Shown here: one piece after another, positions 30,946 to 40,218 of the stretch
Numbering within the stretch: the first letter of the stretch is position 1
Layout: every line of letters begins with the position of its first letter
Origin: an uncultured Eubacteriales bacterium
Lineage (GTDB): Bacteria; Bacillota; Clostridia; Christensenellales; CAG-138
Length of the DNA stretch: 64,000 nt
Assembly: GCA_902786465.1 (NCBI GenBank)
Contig: CADACQ010000013.1
Location: forward strand, 2,723-66,722
Direction of reading: 5' to 3'
Made by a program: the position numbers and the translations under genes
The notes under the pieces: generated by a model
The model's database searches: none
Seen by the model: the letters and a program-made list of their open reading frames with translations, nothing else
What the model was told of the DNA's origin: nothing

Positions 30946-31719
30946 ATGCGGCGCATCCGGACCATAATTTCATACGACGGCACGGACTATGTGGGCTGGC
31001 AGACCCAGCCCAACGGTATAGCTGTGCAAGAGGTGATCGAAAAAGCCATCCTGGAGGTGACCGGCGAACAGACCACCCTCCAGGGCAGCGGCCGCACGGA
31101 CTCCGGCGTCCACGCCCGGGCCCAGGTGGCCCACTTTGACACGGAGACCCGCATGGCGGCGGACAAGTTCGCCATCGCCCTAAACACCCACCTGCCCGCC
31201 GATATCCGGGTCCTCTATTCTGAGGAGGTCTCCCCCGATTTCCACGCCCGCTTCTCCGCCAAGGAGAAGCAGTATCGCTACTTCGTCCAGACCGGTCCCC
31301 ACGCCGACGTGTTCGCCCGCAAATACGCCCTCCACGCCTATATGCCTCTCGATCTGGACCTGATGAACGAGGCCGCCGCCCTGGCGGTGGGCACCCACGA
31401 CTTCTCGGCCTTCATGTCCACGGGCCGGGAGGTGGAAACCGCCGTCCGCACCGTGAGCCTGTCAAAATGGGAGAAACAGGGCAAGTTTTTGGTTTACACC
31501 GTCCAGGGGAACGGGTTCCTCTACAACATGGTCCGCATCCTGGTGGGTACCATGGTGGGCATGGGCAGCGGCCGCATCCCGAAGGACAGCATGGAGAAGG
31601 CCCTCGCCTCCCTGTCCCGGAAGGACGCCGGTCCCACGGCCCCGCCCCACGGCCTGGTGCTGTGGCGGGTGAAGTACCCCGACTTCGACACGGAGGAGGT
31701 GCTCTCCCGTGAACCATGA
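30946..31719 (+). CDS. truA: tRNA pseudouridine(38-40) synthase
   Basis: YDGT.Y.GWQ.Q, GRTDSGVHA, GFLYNMVR, TAPPHGL. Confidence 0.97.
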   Translation: MRRIRTIISYDGTDYVGWQTQPNGIAVQEVIEKAILEVTGEQTTLQGSGRTDSGVHARAQVAHFDTETRMAADKFAIALNTHLPADIRVLYSEEVSPDFHARFSAKEKQYRYFVQTGPHADVFARKYALHAYMPLDLDLMNEAAALAVGTHDFSAFMSTGREVETAVRTVSLSKWEKQGKFLVYTVQGNGFLYNMVRILVGTMVGMGSGRIPKDSMEKALASLSRKDAGPTAPPHGLVLWRVKYPDFDTEEVLSREP

Positions 31720-32149
31720 CGAACGCTGGATACTGGAAGCCCTGAAGGAGGCCCGTGCCGCCTTGCAGGAGGACGAGGTGCCCGTAGGCGCCGTCGTCGT
31801 CAAGGACGGCGAGATCGTGGCCCGGGCCCACAACCTGTCCCGGCAGCAGAACGATCCCACCCTCCACGCGGAGGTCCTGGCCCTTCGCGAAGCTCAAAAA
31901 CAGCTTGGGTCCCTCACCGGCTGCACCCTCTATGTGACCATGGAGCCCTGCGCCATGTGCGCCGGAGCCATGGTGCTGCTGAAGCTCCCCCGGCTGGTCT
32001 TCGGGGCCTTCGATCCAAGCTGCGGTTGCACCGGCTCCCGGGTGGATCTGACGGACCACTGGTTCTATCACTCCGTGGAGACCTGGGGCGGCGTCCTCGA
32101 AGGGGACTGCGCCGCCCTGCTGACGGAATTCTTTCAAAGAAAGCGTTGA
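31709..32149 (+). CDS. tadA: tRNA adenosine(34) deaminase
   Basis: EVPVGAV, HAE, EPCAMC, FFQRKR. Confidence 0.9.
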   Translation: MNHDERWILEALKEARAALQEDEVPVGAVVVKDGEIVARAHNLSRQQNDPTLHAEVLALREAQKQLGSLTGCTLYVTMEPCAMCAGAMVLLKLPRLVFGAFDPSCGCTGSRVDLTDHWFYHSVETWGGVLEGDCAALLTEFFQRKR

Positions 32150-32174
32150 TTTTTTGTTTTTGATACGGTATACT
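32146..32174 (+). promoter_or_regulatory. SigA promoter of tRNA-Ser(CGA)
   Basis: TTGATT-N17-TATACT, 11 nt upstream of the tRNA. Confidence 0.65.
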
Positions 32175-32185
32175 ACCCTCTGCCT

Positions 32186-32274
32186 GGAGACGTATCGAAG
32201 TGGTCATAACGGGGCTGACTCGAAATCAGTTTGCGTGAAAGCGCACGTGGGTTCGAATCCCACCGTCTCCGCCA
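32186..32274 (+). tRNA. tRNA-Ser(CGA)
   Basis: GGAGACGTATCGAAGTGG...GCTGA-CT CGA AA-TCAGT, long variable arm, GGTTCGAATCC, encoded CCA. Confidence 0.96.
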
Positions 32275-32312
32275 AAAACAAAACCACCCAACCGGGTGGT
32301 TTTGTTTTTGGC
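32271..32312 (+). terminator. Intrinsic terminator after tRNA-Ser(CGA)
   Basis: GCCAAAAACAAAACCACCC-aacc-GGGTGGTTTTGTTTTTGGC. Confidence 0.8.
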
Positions 32313-32316
32313 TATT

Positions 32317-32418
32317 GGAGACGGTGGATTCGAACGGGTTCGGTAGTGAATGAAGCGCCTGTGGCGCTTCAGAGCCGAGCCCATGGCCCGCCGCGCACGG
32401 CGGGTCGAATCCCACCCC
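32317..32418 (+). repeat. Structured tRNA-associated element, homolog of 721-816
   Basis: GGATTCGAAC GGGTTCGG TAGTGAAT GAAGCGCC-TGT-GGCGCTTC AGAG CCGAGCCC ATGG CCCGCCG-CGCA-CGGCGGG TCGAATCCCACCCC. Confidence 0.85.
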
Positions 32419-32632
32419 AGCTTACACGTACCCCCCTGGGGGCCGCAAGCCACCCGCCTAGTATCTTTCTTTGTTGGAGTTCAATCAAAACCTTAGGTTT
32501 GGAAAATGATACTTTTAATCCAAGTTGTCTTATTATTTCTTTACCGTTATCCACGCACATGATATAATTATGTTTAAGATTATGTCTATTCTTGTTTTTG
32601 CCTCTATTCTTTTGATTCGGGAGGGAAGAATA

Positions 32633-34036
32633 ATGCCTTATACTGAGATTTCGAGAAAGCCTTATAAGTCGCCCTGCGCATGCGGTAATGGATTCTTGCG
32701 TTTTTATATAATAACAAAAGAAAACGATACTGATTATGTTAAAACTATAGAGAAAAAAACTGAAGTAGAGATCCTATGCGATTATTGCAAAAACAATTAT
32801 CATTTCGAATGGTCAGATGATGAATGTGGATTTCTTGTCCCAAATGGTTTAACTTTTCCTCCTAGAATTCCTTATCTTGATAGTAAATATGATTACACTA
32901 CAGATGAAAAGTTTATCGGCAACCACGATAAAGGTGTTATTGAGAAAATGATTTCTGATATGACTGCGCCTAAGCATAGATTTATTCAAGACCTTACATT
33001 CGAACCTGCAATTGCTTTTGCAAATAATTGGGCATATAGAACAAAAAAACGCTCTTTAGCGCCAATGGTCAAATATCTTGAGAAAACTCTATCTAATTAT
33101 GATGCTATATTCACATCGCGCGCAAATAAAGAACCACATAATATTGAATACAAAAAACAGCATGAAGATAGAATACAGCGAATTGAACAAGTTAAGAACC
33201 AGAGCTATAAAGCAAATTTTGTATTTGATTCAGAACAAGATGAGATTGACCACGCGAAAGCTCGGAAAGAAAGAATTGCTCATCAATACGATCCTTTTCA
33301 AGCTATGGTGACTTATCATAATTCATATAAGGTTGATGCGACTGGACGTTATTGGGACACCCTTCATATTCTAAAATGCGTTGAACCACGATATTTTGTA
33401 CAAGAAAGCGCTTATCATCTTTCTATTGTAAAAAGGTATCTATGCAAGTGCACAATATGCAACAAGAAGCTGGTTGTTACTTCATCTGATTTTGAAATAT
33501 TATATGATGAATACGAAGGATACTTTCCTGCAGTTAAGTGTGACTGCCATATAGTATCATCATTTGAGGCAAAAGCAATGGATATCCTTAATCGCTTAGG
33601 GATTTCATATGCGCGCGAGTACTCATTTGACGATTTAGTTGGTAACAAAGATGTACCGTTACGTTTTGATTTTGCAATATTTGAACCAGATTCACAACAT
33701 AATAATTCCAGTAAAAAGATTCGACTGCTAATCGAATTGCAAGGCCCACATCATTATACGCGTGGCATATATGATAAAGATGGTAATTTTATAGAAGATA
33801 AAAGAGGAACATCTTTTTCCGCCAGAATTCGACTAAATAAGCAAAAATGCTATGATGGTTTGAAGCAACAATACTGCAAGGAGCACGAGATCATTTTAGA
33901 AACCATAAAACACGATGAAAGCGATTATACTACACTGGAAAAGCGACTGATAGATATTCTGAATCAAAATGGTTTTAATTGCAAGCAGGCTGAATTATAT
34001 ATTGACTCGGAAGAAGATTTGTTTGATCTTGATTAG
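32633..34036 (+). CDS. AT-rich orphan protein with Cys clusters and a C-terminal Vsr/DUF559-like endonuclease domain
   Basis: Strongly AT-rich versus flanks; CxC...CxxC at N-terminus; C-terminal S.FE...L....I.Y.REYSFDDL...LRFDFAI...LIELQGPHHY...D.LK.QYC....I.L..I pattern; start taken at MPYTE behind GGAGG. Confidence 0.7.
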   Translation: MPYTEISRKPYKSPCACGNGFLRFYIITKENDTDYVKTIEKKTEVEILCDYCKNNYHFEWSDDECGFLVPNGLTFPPRIPYLDSKYDYTTDEKFIGNHDKGVIEKMISDMTAPKHRFIQDLTFEPAIAFANNWAYRTKKRSLAPMVKYLEKTLSNYDAIFTSRANKEPHNIEYKKQHEDRIQRIEQVKNQSYKANFVFDSEQDEIDHAKARKERIAHQYDPFQAMVTYHNSYKVDATGRYWDTLHILKCVEPRYFVQESAYHLSIVKRYLCKCTICNKKLVVTSSDFEILYDEYEGYFPAVKCDCHIVSSFEAKAMDILNRLGISYAREYSFDDLVGNKDVPLRFDFAIFEPDSQHNNSSKKIRLLIELQGPHHYTRGIYDKDGNFIEDKRGTSFSARIRLNKQKCYDGLKQQYCKEHEIILETIKHDESDYTTLEKRLIDILNQNGFNCKQAELYIDSEEDLFDLD

Positions 34037-34047
34037 TTCTTCTCTAC

Positions 34048-34076
34048 TTGACTTTTTCTATCATCCTTTATATACT
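34048..34076 (+). promoter_or_regulatory. SigA promoter of the ABC-F gene, giving a ~175-nt leader
   Basis: TTGACT-N17-TATACT. Confidence 0.65.
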
Positions 34077-34256
34077 TGAGCCAACAACACAAAGGAGCAC
34101 TTCATTTAAGGCATGCGCAACTGATCGATTTTGAACGTCACATCATCCCTGCGGCACCCGGGTGTCGCTTAGTGTGTGCGCTCAAAGGATCACGACCGCA
34201 GGCTTTTTCTATTCTGCCGGACGTGCTTTTTCTGAGCGCGGAAATGGGAGGCAGAT

Positions 34257-35789
34257 ATGCTGCAAATTCGAAACGTTACCATAGTATCTCGAAAGGACGA
34301 CCGTCTGCTGGCGGACGACCTTTCCTTCACCCTGCACAAGGGCGAGCGAGCGGCCCTCATCGGCGAGGAGGGCAACGGCAAGTCCACCCTTTTAAAATGG
34401 ATATACGACCCCAACCTGGTGGAAAGCTACGCCCTGGTCAGGGGTCAGCGGGTCGTGGAGGGCAAGATGGGGTATCTCCCCCAGGAGCTGCCGCCCGAGG
34501 AGAAGGCCCTGCCCGTCTGCGCCTATATGGAGGGGGCCTGCGGGTTCTACGCCCTGTCCCCCAAGGAGATCAACGACGCAGCGGATCGGCTGGGCCTGTC
34601 CCCCGCCCTCTTCGAGGAAGCCCGGCCCATGGACACCCTATCCGGCGGAGAGCGGGTGAAGATCCAGATGGCCGCCCTCCTCCTGAGCCAATGCGATATC
34701 CTGCTGCTGGACGAGCCCTCCAACGACCTGGACATCGAGACCCTGGAATGGCTGTCTGACTTTATGAACGCCTTCCCCGGGGCCGTGCTCTACATCTCCC
34801 ACGACGAGGTCCTCTTGGAGGAGACGGCGGACGTGATCATCCACCTGGAGCAGGTGCGCCGAAAGACCATCTGCCGGTCCACCGTGTCCCGGGAGGGGTA
34901 TCGGGCGTATATGGAGAAGCGGGCCCGGCAGTTCGCCCATCAGGAACAGCAGGCCCGGTTCGAGCAGGCGGACTTTCGCAAGAAGAAGGAGCGGTATCTC
35001 TCCATCTACAACGCCGTGGAGCACGCCCAGGAAAACATAAGTCGACAAGCTCCTGCTGCCGGCAGACTACTGAAAAAGAAGATGCATGCGGTGAAGTCCA
35101 TGGGGCGGCGCCTGGACAAGGAGGAGGAAAGCCTGACCCAGCTCCCCGAAGCGGAGTGGGCCATCCTGCCCAAGTGGGAGCCGGGCATCGAGCTGAGCCG
35201 GGGCAAGGTGGTCCTGGACTTTGTTTTGGACGAGCTGCTGGTAGGCGACCGGCTGTTGTCGAAGGATATCCGGCTCAAGATCGTGGGGCCGGAAAAGGTG
35301 TGTATTTTGGGGCCCAACGGCTGCGGCAAGAGCACGCTGATGGACCGGATCGCCGAGGAGCTCCTGGCCCGCAGGGACATCCGCTGCACCTATATGCCCC
35401 AGCGCTACGGGGAGGGCGTGAGCTACAGCATGCGACCCGAGGAATTCCTTGCCCCGGACGGAGACAAGGAGAGCGTGACGAAGGCCCGGATCTATCTCGG
35501 CAGCATGAAGTACACCACCGACGAGATGAGCCACGCCGTCAGCGACCTTTCGGGGGGCCAGCGGGCCAAGCTCCTGCTGCTGAAGGCCATCCTGGACAGG
35601 AGCAACGTGCTGTTGCTGGACGAGCCCACCCGGAACTTCAGCCCCCTGTCCTGCCCCGCCGTGCGCAAGCTTCTCAGCGAGTTCCCCGGCTGCATCCTGG
35701 CCGTGTCCCACGATCGGAAGTTCATAGAGGAGGTCACTCCCGTCCTCTACACCCTGACGGAAGAGGGCTTGCAGCGGATATACAGATAG
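34257..35789 (+). CDS. ABC-F family ATPase
   Basis: Two ABC cassettes (GEEGNGKS / LSGGE / DEPSN and GPNGCGKS / LSGGQ / DEPTRN), helical linker, no TM domain. Confidence 0.9.
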   Translation: MLQIRNVTIVSRKDDRLLADDLSFTLHKGERAALIGEEGNGKSTLLKWIYDPNLVESYALVRGQRVVEGKMGYLPQELPPEEKALPVCAYMEGACGFYALSPKEINDAADRLGLSPALFEEARPMDTLSGGERVKIQMAALLLSQCDILLLDEPSNDLDIETLEWLSDFMNAFPGAVLYISHDEVLLEETADVIIHLEQVRRKTICRSTVSREGYRAYMEKRARQFAHQEQQARFEQADFRKKKERYLSIYNAVEHAQENISRQAPAAGRLLKKKMHAVKSMGRRLDKEEESLTQLPEAEWAILPKWEPGIELSRGKVVLDFVLDELLVGDRLLSKDIRLKIVGPEKVCILGPNGCGKSTLMDRIAEELLARRDIRCTYMPQRYGEGVSYSMRPEEFLAPDGDKESVTKARIYLGSMKYTTDEMSHAVSDLSGGQRAKLLLLKAILDRSNVLLLDEPTRNFSPLSCPAVRKLLSEFPGCILAVSHDRKFIEEVTPVLYTLTEEGLQRIYR

Positions 35790-35790
35790 C

Positions 35791-35817
35791 AAAAAGGAGG
35801 CGCCCTTCGACGCCTCC
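35791..35817. terminator. Terminator between convergent genes
   Basis: AAAAAGGAGGCG-cccttcga-CGCCTCC. Confidence 0.65.
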
Positions 35818-35832
35818 CGTGCTATTATCCGC

Positions 35833-37014
35833 TTATTTCGCCATGCGGAAGATATTGGCCATGTCCGCCTCGTAGAGGACCATGGCGCTGCCCACCTTGC
35901 CGCCGGTGGCCAGGGCGCAATTCTTGGCGAGGAGGGCTATCTCCTCCTCGGTGATCTCCTTGCCCAGGAGCTCCCGGATGGTCACAGGCATGCCGATGGA
36001 CCTAAAGTAGTCCTCCATGGCAGCGATGCCCTGCAGTGCCGTTTCCTCGTCGGAAGCGCCCGGGGCCACGCCCATGACGTTCACGGCGAACTTTACGAAC
36101 CGGGGCAGGCAGTTTTTATACACGTACCGAGCCCAGCTGGGCCACACGGCGGTGAGGCCCGCCCCGTGGGTCACTCCGTAGAGGGCCCCCAGCTCGTGCT
36201 CCAGCCGGTGGGAGGCGAAGTCGTTCCCATCGTTCCCGCAGCCGGTGAGACCGTTGTGAGAGAGGCTCCCGGCCCACATGATCTCCGCCCGGGCCTGGTA
36301 GTTCAGGGGGTCCTTGTGGAGGACGGCGGCGAATTGCATCACAGTCCGCAGGAGCCCCTCGGCCAGGGCGTCCGTGATCTCCAGCTTGCTGCCGCTGGTG
36401 AAGTACCGCTCCAAGGTGTGCATCAGGATGTCGGAGCAGCCCGCGCAGGTATGATAATCCGGCAGGGTCATGGTGAGCTCCGGGTCCATGATGGCGAACT
36501 TGGGCCGGCACAGGTCGCTGTTGTAACCCCGCTTCTTGTCCTCGTAGGAGATGACGCTGCTGTCGCTCATCTCGCTTCCCGAGGCGGCGATGGTCAGGAT
36601 GGTCCCAACGGGGAAGCAGGCCTTGGCCGTGCGGGTGTGCTCGTATAGCTCCTTCACGTCGTATTCCGGCTCCGCGAGAGCGTAGGCGATGGCCTTGGCC
36701 GAGTCGATGACGGACCCGCCGCCCACGGCCAGCAGGAAGTCCACGCCGTTCGCCTTCGCGAGCTCGATCCCCTCGTACACCTTGGAAAGCTGGGGATTGG
36801 GCACCACGCCGCCCAACTCCACGTGGAAGACGCCCGCCGCATCCAGGGACGCTTTCACCCGGTCGATGAGGCCCGAGCGAACAGCACTGCTGCCGCCGTA
36901 GTGGATGAGAACCCGGCTGCCGCCGAAGGCGCTGACCAGCTCGCCCGCTTTCTCCTCCGTCTTCCGTCCAAAGACCACCTTAGTGGGGGTATAGAGTGTA
37001 AAGTCTCCGTTCAT
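35833..37014 (-). CDS. Iron-containing alcohol dehydrogenase (butanol dehydrogenase-like)
   Basis: YGGSSAVRSG, AVGGGSVID, ASGSEM, H.LEH.L...Y.VTHGAGL. Confidence 0.92.
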   Translation of the reverse strand: MNGDFTLYTPTKVVFGRKTEEKAGELVSAFGGSRVLIHYGGSSAVRSGLIDRVKASLDAAGVFHVELGGVVPNPQLSKVYEGIELAKANGVDFLLAVGGGSVIDSAKAIAYALAEPEYDVKELYEHTRTAKACFPVGTILTIAASGSEMSDSSVISYEDKKRGYNSDLCRPKFAIMDPELTMTLPDYHTCAGCSDILMHTLERYFTSGSKLEITDALAEGLLRTVMQFAAVLHKDPLNYQARAEIMWAGSLSHNGLTGCGNDGNDFASHRLEHELGALYGVTHGAGLTAVWPSWARYVYKNCLPRFVKFAVNVMGVAPGASDEETALQGIAAMEDYFRSIGMPVTIRELLGKEITEEEIALLAKNCALATGGKVGSAMVLYEADMANIFRMAK

Positions 37015-37308
37015 ATGCTGCCTCCCTTTTCGTATTGAAATAAGTATACCTCATACGCGTTCTTTTTCAAAGCGTTTTATATGCTTAGATCGAAAAAATG
37101 TCGACAACACCCCTGCTCCCATCGGTTTCTCGTTCTTTTTTTGTAAGAATCCGAAAAAGAATGCTGTACAAATCTTGATTGTTCTGTTAAAATAAGGTCG
37201 TGCATTTATTTGGTGAAGGATTTGTTCACGCGAGCGTGACAATATCTTAACAGGATTGTAAGACCATAGGTCTGCAATAAAACCTACAAAATAGGAGGAA
37301 GTATCTTA

Positions 37309-38508
37309 ATGAAACGCTTTTTGGCAATCATGATGTGTCTGGTGATGGTTCTCGCCATCGTTGGCTGCAAGGGCACCAAGCCCGCCGAGGAGCCCGCAAA
37401 GAAGGTCAAGGTAGGCTTTATCTGCCTGCATGACGAGCAGTCCACCTACGACCTGAACTTCATCAACGCCGCCAAGGCTGCCTGCGAGAAGCTGGGTGTC
37501 GAGATGGTTCTGAAGACCGGCATCAACGAGGACAACAGCTGCTACGAGACTGCTGCCGATATGGCCAGCTCCGGCTGCATCGCCGTCTTCGCCGACAGCT
37601 TCGGCCATGAGGATTACATGATCCAGGCCGCCAAGGAGTTCCCCAACGTACAGTTCTGCCACTCCACCGGCACCAAGGCCCACACCGAGAATCTGGCCAA
37701 CTATCACAACGCCTTTGCGGCCATCTATGAGGGCCGTTACCTGGCGGGCGTGGTCGCTGGTCTGAAGCTCAACGAGATGATCGAAGCCGGCAAGTTCACC
37801 GCTGAGGAAGCCAAGGTCGGTTACGTCGGCGCCTTCACCTACGCCGAGGTTATCTCCGGTTACACCTCCTTCTTCCTGGGCGTCCGGTCCGTGTGCCCCA
37901 CCGCCACCATGGAGGTCACCTTCACCGGTTCCTGGTACGATCCCACCGCTGAGAAGGAAGGCGCTCAGAAGCTGATCCAGGGCGGCTGCAAGCTCATCAG
38001 CCAGCACGCCGACTCCCTGGGCGCTCCCTCCGCCTGTGAAGAAGCTGGTATCCCCGACGTGTCCTACAACGGCAGCACCAAGGAAGCCGGCCCCAACACC
38101 TACCTGATCTCCTCCCGTATCGACTGGGAGCCCTACTATGAGTACGCCATCACCGCGGCCATGAACGGCAAGCCCATCGACACCGACTGGACCGGCACCA
38201 TCGCCACCGGCTCCGTGAAGCTCACCGAGCTTAACGAGGGCGTCGTGGCCGCCGGCACCAAGGAGAAGCTGGAAGAGGTCCAGAAGGCCCTCGAAGCCGG
38301 CACCCTCCATGTGTTCGACACCGCCACCTTCACCAAGGACGGCGCGCCCCTGACCAGCTACCTGGCCGATGTGGACACCGACGCGGCGTTCACTCCCGAC
38401 ACCGAGGTCATCAAGGACGGCTACTTCCATGAGTCCGAGTACCGCAGCGCTCCTTACTTCGACGTCCAGATCGACGGCATCACGCTGCTGGATGTGAACT
38501 TCGGTTAA
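37309..38508 (+). CDS. BMP family ABC transporter substrate-binding lipoprotein (nucleoside/purine type)
   Basis: Lipobox IVGC; DSFGHE, YEGRYLAG, GSWYD, SQHADS; RBS AGGAGG. Confidence 0.9.
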   Translation: MKRFLAIMMCLVMVLAIVGCKGTKPAEEPAKKVKVGFICLHDEQSTYDLNFINAAKAACEKLGVEMVLKTGINEDNSCYETAADMASSGCIAVFADSFGHEDYMIQAAKEFPNVQFCHSTGTKAHTENLANYHNAFAAIYEGRYLAGVVAGLKLNEMIEAGKFTAEEAKVGYVGAFTYAEVISGYTSFFLGVRSVCPTATMEVTFTGSWYDPTAEKEGAQKLIQGGCKLISQHADSLGAPSACEEAGIPDVSYNGSTKEAGPNTYLISSRIDWEPYYEYAITAAMNGKPIDTDWTGTIATGSVKLTELNEGVVAAGTKEKLEEVQKALEAGTLHVFDTATFTKDGAPLTSYLADVDTDAAFTPDTEVIKDGYFHESEYRSAPYFDVQIDGITLLDVNFG

Positions 38509-38525
38509 TCCTCAATCTGCTCCCG

Positions 38526-38555
38526 ACAGGCCGCACCTCGTGCGGCCTGTTTTTT
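38526..38555 (+). terminator. Intrinsic terminator after the BMP gene
   Basis: ACAGGCCGCAC-ctc-GTGCGGCCTGT followed by a T tract. Confidence 0.85.
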
Positions 38556-38676
38556 GATCCAAAAAGTTTTTTTGACGACCCGCATTTTTGATTTACAACC
38601 TGGTTTACGTATGATAAAATGTTAAATAATCGAGTTTTAGATATATTTTGACGCTCGGTGGAAAGGATGCTCTGCC

Positions 38677-40218
38677 TTGGAAGCTGTAAGGAACGCCATC
38701 AAAATGGAGGGGATCACCAAGCGATTCGGCAGCGTGGTCGCCAACAACGCCATCAATCTGGAGCTGCACGAGGGGGAGATCCTGTCCCTCCTGGGTGAGA
38801 ACGGCAGCGGGAAGACCACGTTGATGAATATGCTTTCCGGCATATACTACCCCGACGAAGGCCAGATCTACATCCACGACAAGCCCGTGACCATCGCCTC
38901 CCCTAAGGACGCCTTCGACAACGGCATCGGCATGATCCATCAGCACTTCAAGTTGGTGGACGTGTTCACCGCCACCGAGAACATCATCCTGGGCCTCAAC
39001 GAGGACGGGAAGATGAATCTGAAGGAGGCCGGCAAGCGGATCAAGGAGATCAGCCAGAAATACGGCTTTGAGATCGACCCGGACCAGAAGGTCTACAACA
39101 TGTCCGTCTCCCAGAAGCAGACCGTGGAGATCGTCAAGGTCCTGTACCGGGGCGCGGACATCCTGATCCTGGACGAGCCCACCGCCGTGCTGACCCCCCA
39201 GGAGACAGATCGGCTCTTCGCCGTCATGCGCAACATGCAGAAGGACGGCAAGTCCCTCATCATCATCACCCACAAGCTCCACGAGGTGCTGGAGGTCTCC
39301 GACCGGGTGGCCATCCTGCGCAAGGGCGAATACATCGGCGATGTGCTCACCAAAGACGCGGACCAGCAGAGTCTGACGGACATGATGGTGGGCCGGGCCG
39401 TGAGCCTGAATATCGACCGGCCCATGCCTGTGGACCCCCAACCCCGCCTTGAGGTGAAGGGTCTGACGGTCTACGATGAGCTGGGCGTAAAGCGTCTCAA
39501 CAACATCAACTTCACCGCCTACAGCGGCGAGATCTTGGGCATCGCCGGCGTGGCCGGGTCCGGCCAACGGGAGCTCCTCGAGGCCATCTCCGGCCTCTAC
39601 CCCATCGCCGAAGGCTCCATCATCTACCACAATCCCAAGACTAACAAGACCGGCGACTTAGCCGGGAAAGACCCTCTGGAGATCCAGAAGGCCGGCATCT
39701 CCATGGCCTTCGTGCCGGAGGACCGGCTGGGCATGGGTCTTGTGGGCTCCATGGGCATGACGGGTAACATGATGCTCCGGTCCTGGCGCAAGAACAAGGG
39801 CATGTTCCTGGACAAGAAGGAGCCCGAGCGGGTGGCCAACGAAGTATGGAAGGAGCTGGAGGTGGTGACCCCCAGCATCGACTTCCCCGTGCGGCGCATG
39901 TCCGGCGGCAACGTGCAAAAGGTGCTGGTGGGCCGGGAGATCGCCCAGGACCCGGCGGTGCTCATGACCGCCTACGCGGTCCGGGGCTTGGATATCAACA
40001 CCTCGTATACCATCTACAACCTGCTCACCGCCGAGAAGATGAAGGGCGTAGCCGTCATCTACGTGGGCGAGGATCTGGACGTGCTGCTGGAGCTCTGCGA
40101 TCGGCTTCTGGTCCTATGCGGCGGACAGGTCTCCGGCGTGGTGGACGCCCGGACTACCGACAAGCGGCAGGTTGGCGTGCTGATGACCCGTGTGGGAGGA
40201 AAGACCAATGAAAAATAA
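38677..40218 (+). CDS. Nucleoside/sugar ABC transporter ATPase (double cassette)
   Basis: GENGSGKT, HQHFKLV, DEPTAVL, VPEDRL, MSGGNVQK; TTG start behind GAAAGGA. Confidence 0.92.
   Translation: MEAVRNAIKMEGITKRFGSVVANNAINLELHEGEILSLLGENGSGKTTLMNMLSGIYYPDEGQIYIHDKPVTIASPKDAFDNGIGMIHQHFKLVDVFTATENIILGLNEDGKMNLKEAGKRIKEISQKYGFEIDPDQKVYNMSVSQKQTVEIVKVLYRGADILILDEPTAVLTPQETDRLFAVMRNMQKDGKSLIIITHKLHEVLEVSDRVAILRKGEYIGDVLTKDADQQSLTDMMVGRAVSLNIDRPMPVDPQPRLEVKGLTVYDELGVKRLNNINFTAYSGEILGIAGVAGSGQRELLEAISGLYPIAEGSIIYHNPKTNKTGDLAGKDPLEIQKAGISMAFVPEDRLGMGLVGSMGMTGNMMLRSWRKNKGMFLDKKEPERVANEVWKELEVVTPSIDFPVRRMSGGNVQKVLVGREIAQDPAVLMTAYAVRGLDINTSYTIYNLLTAEKMKGVAVIYVGEDLDVLLELCDRLLVLCGGQVSGVVDARTTDKRQVGVLMTRVGGKTNEK

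Noticed and set aside
32317-32418. Possible extra tRNA gene or prophage att site
   Set aside because: No D-arm or anticodon arm; the tRNA-like match is inverted rather than direct, and no integrase is present
37020-37308. Canonical purine riboswitch upstream of the BMP gene
   Set aside because: The conserved aptamer core (TAT..., GTTTCTACC, CCGTAAA) was not found
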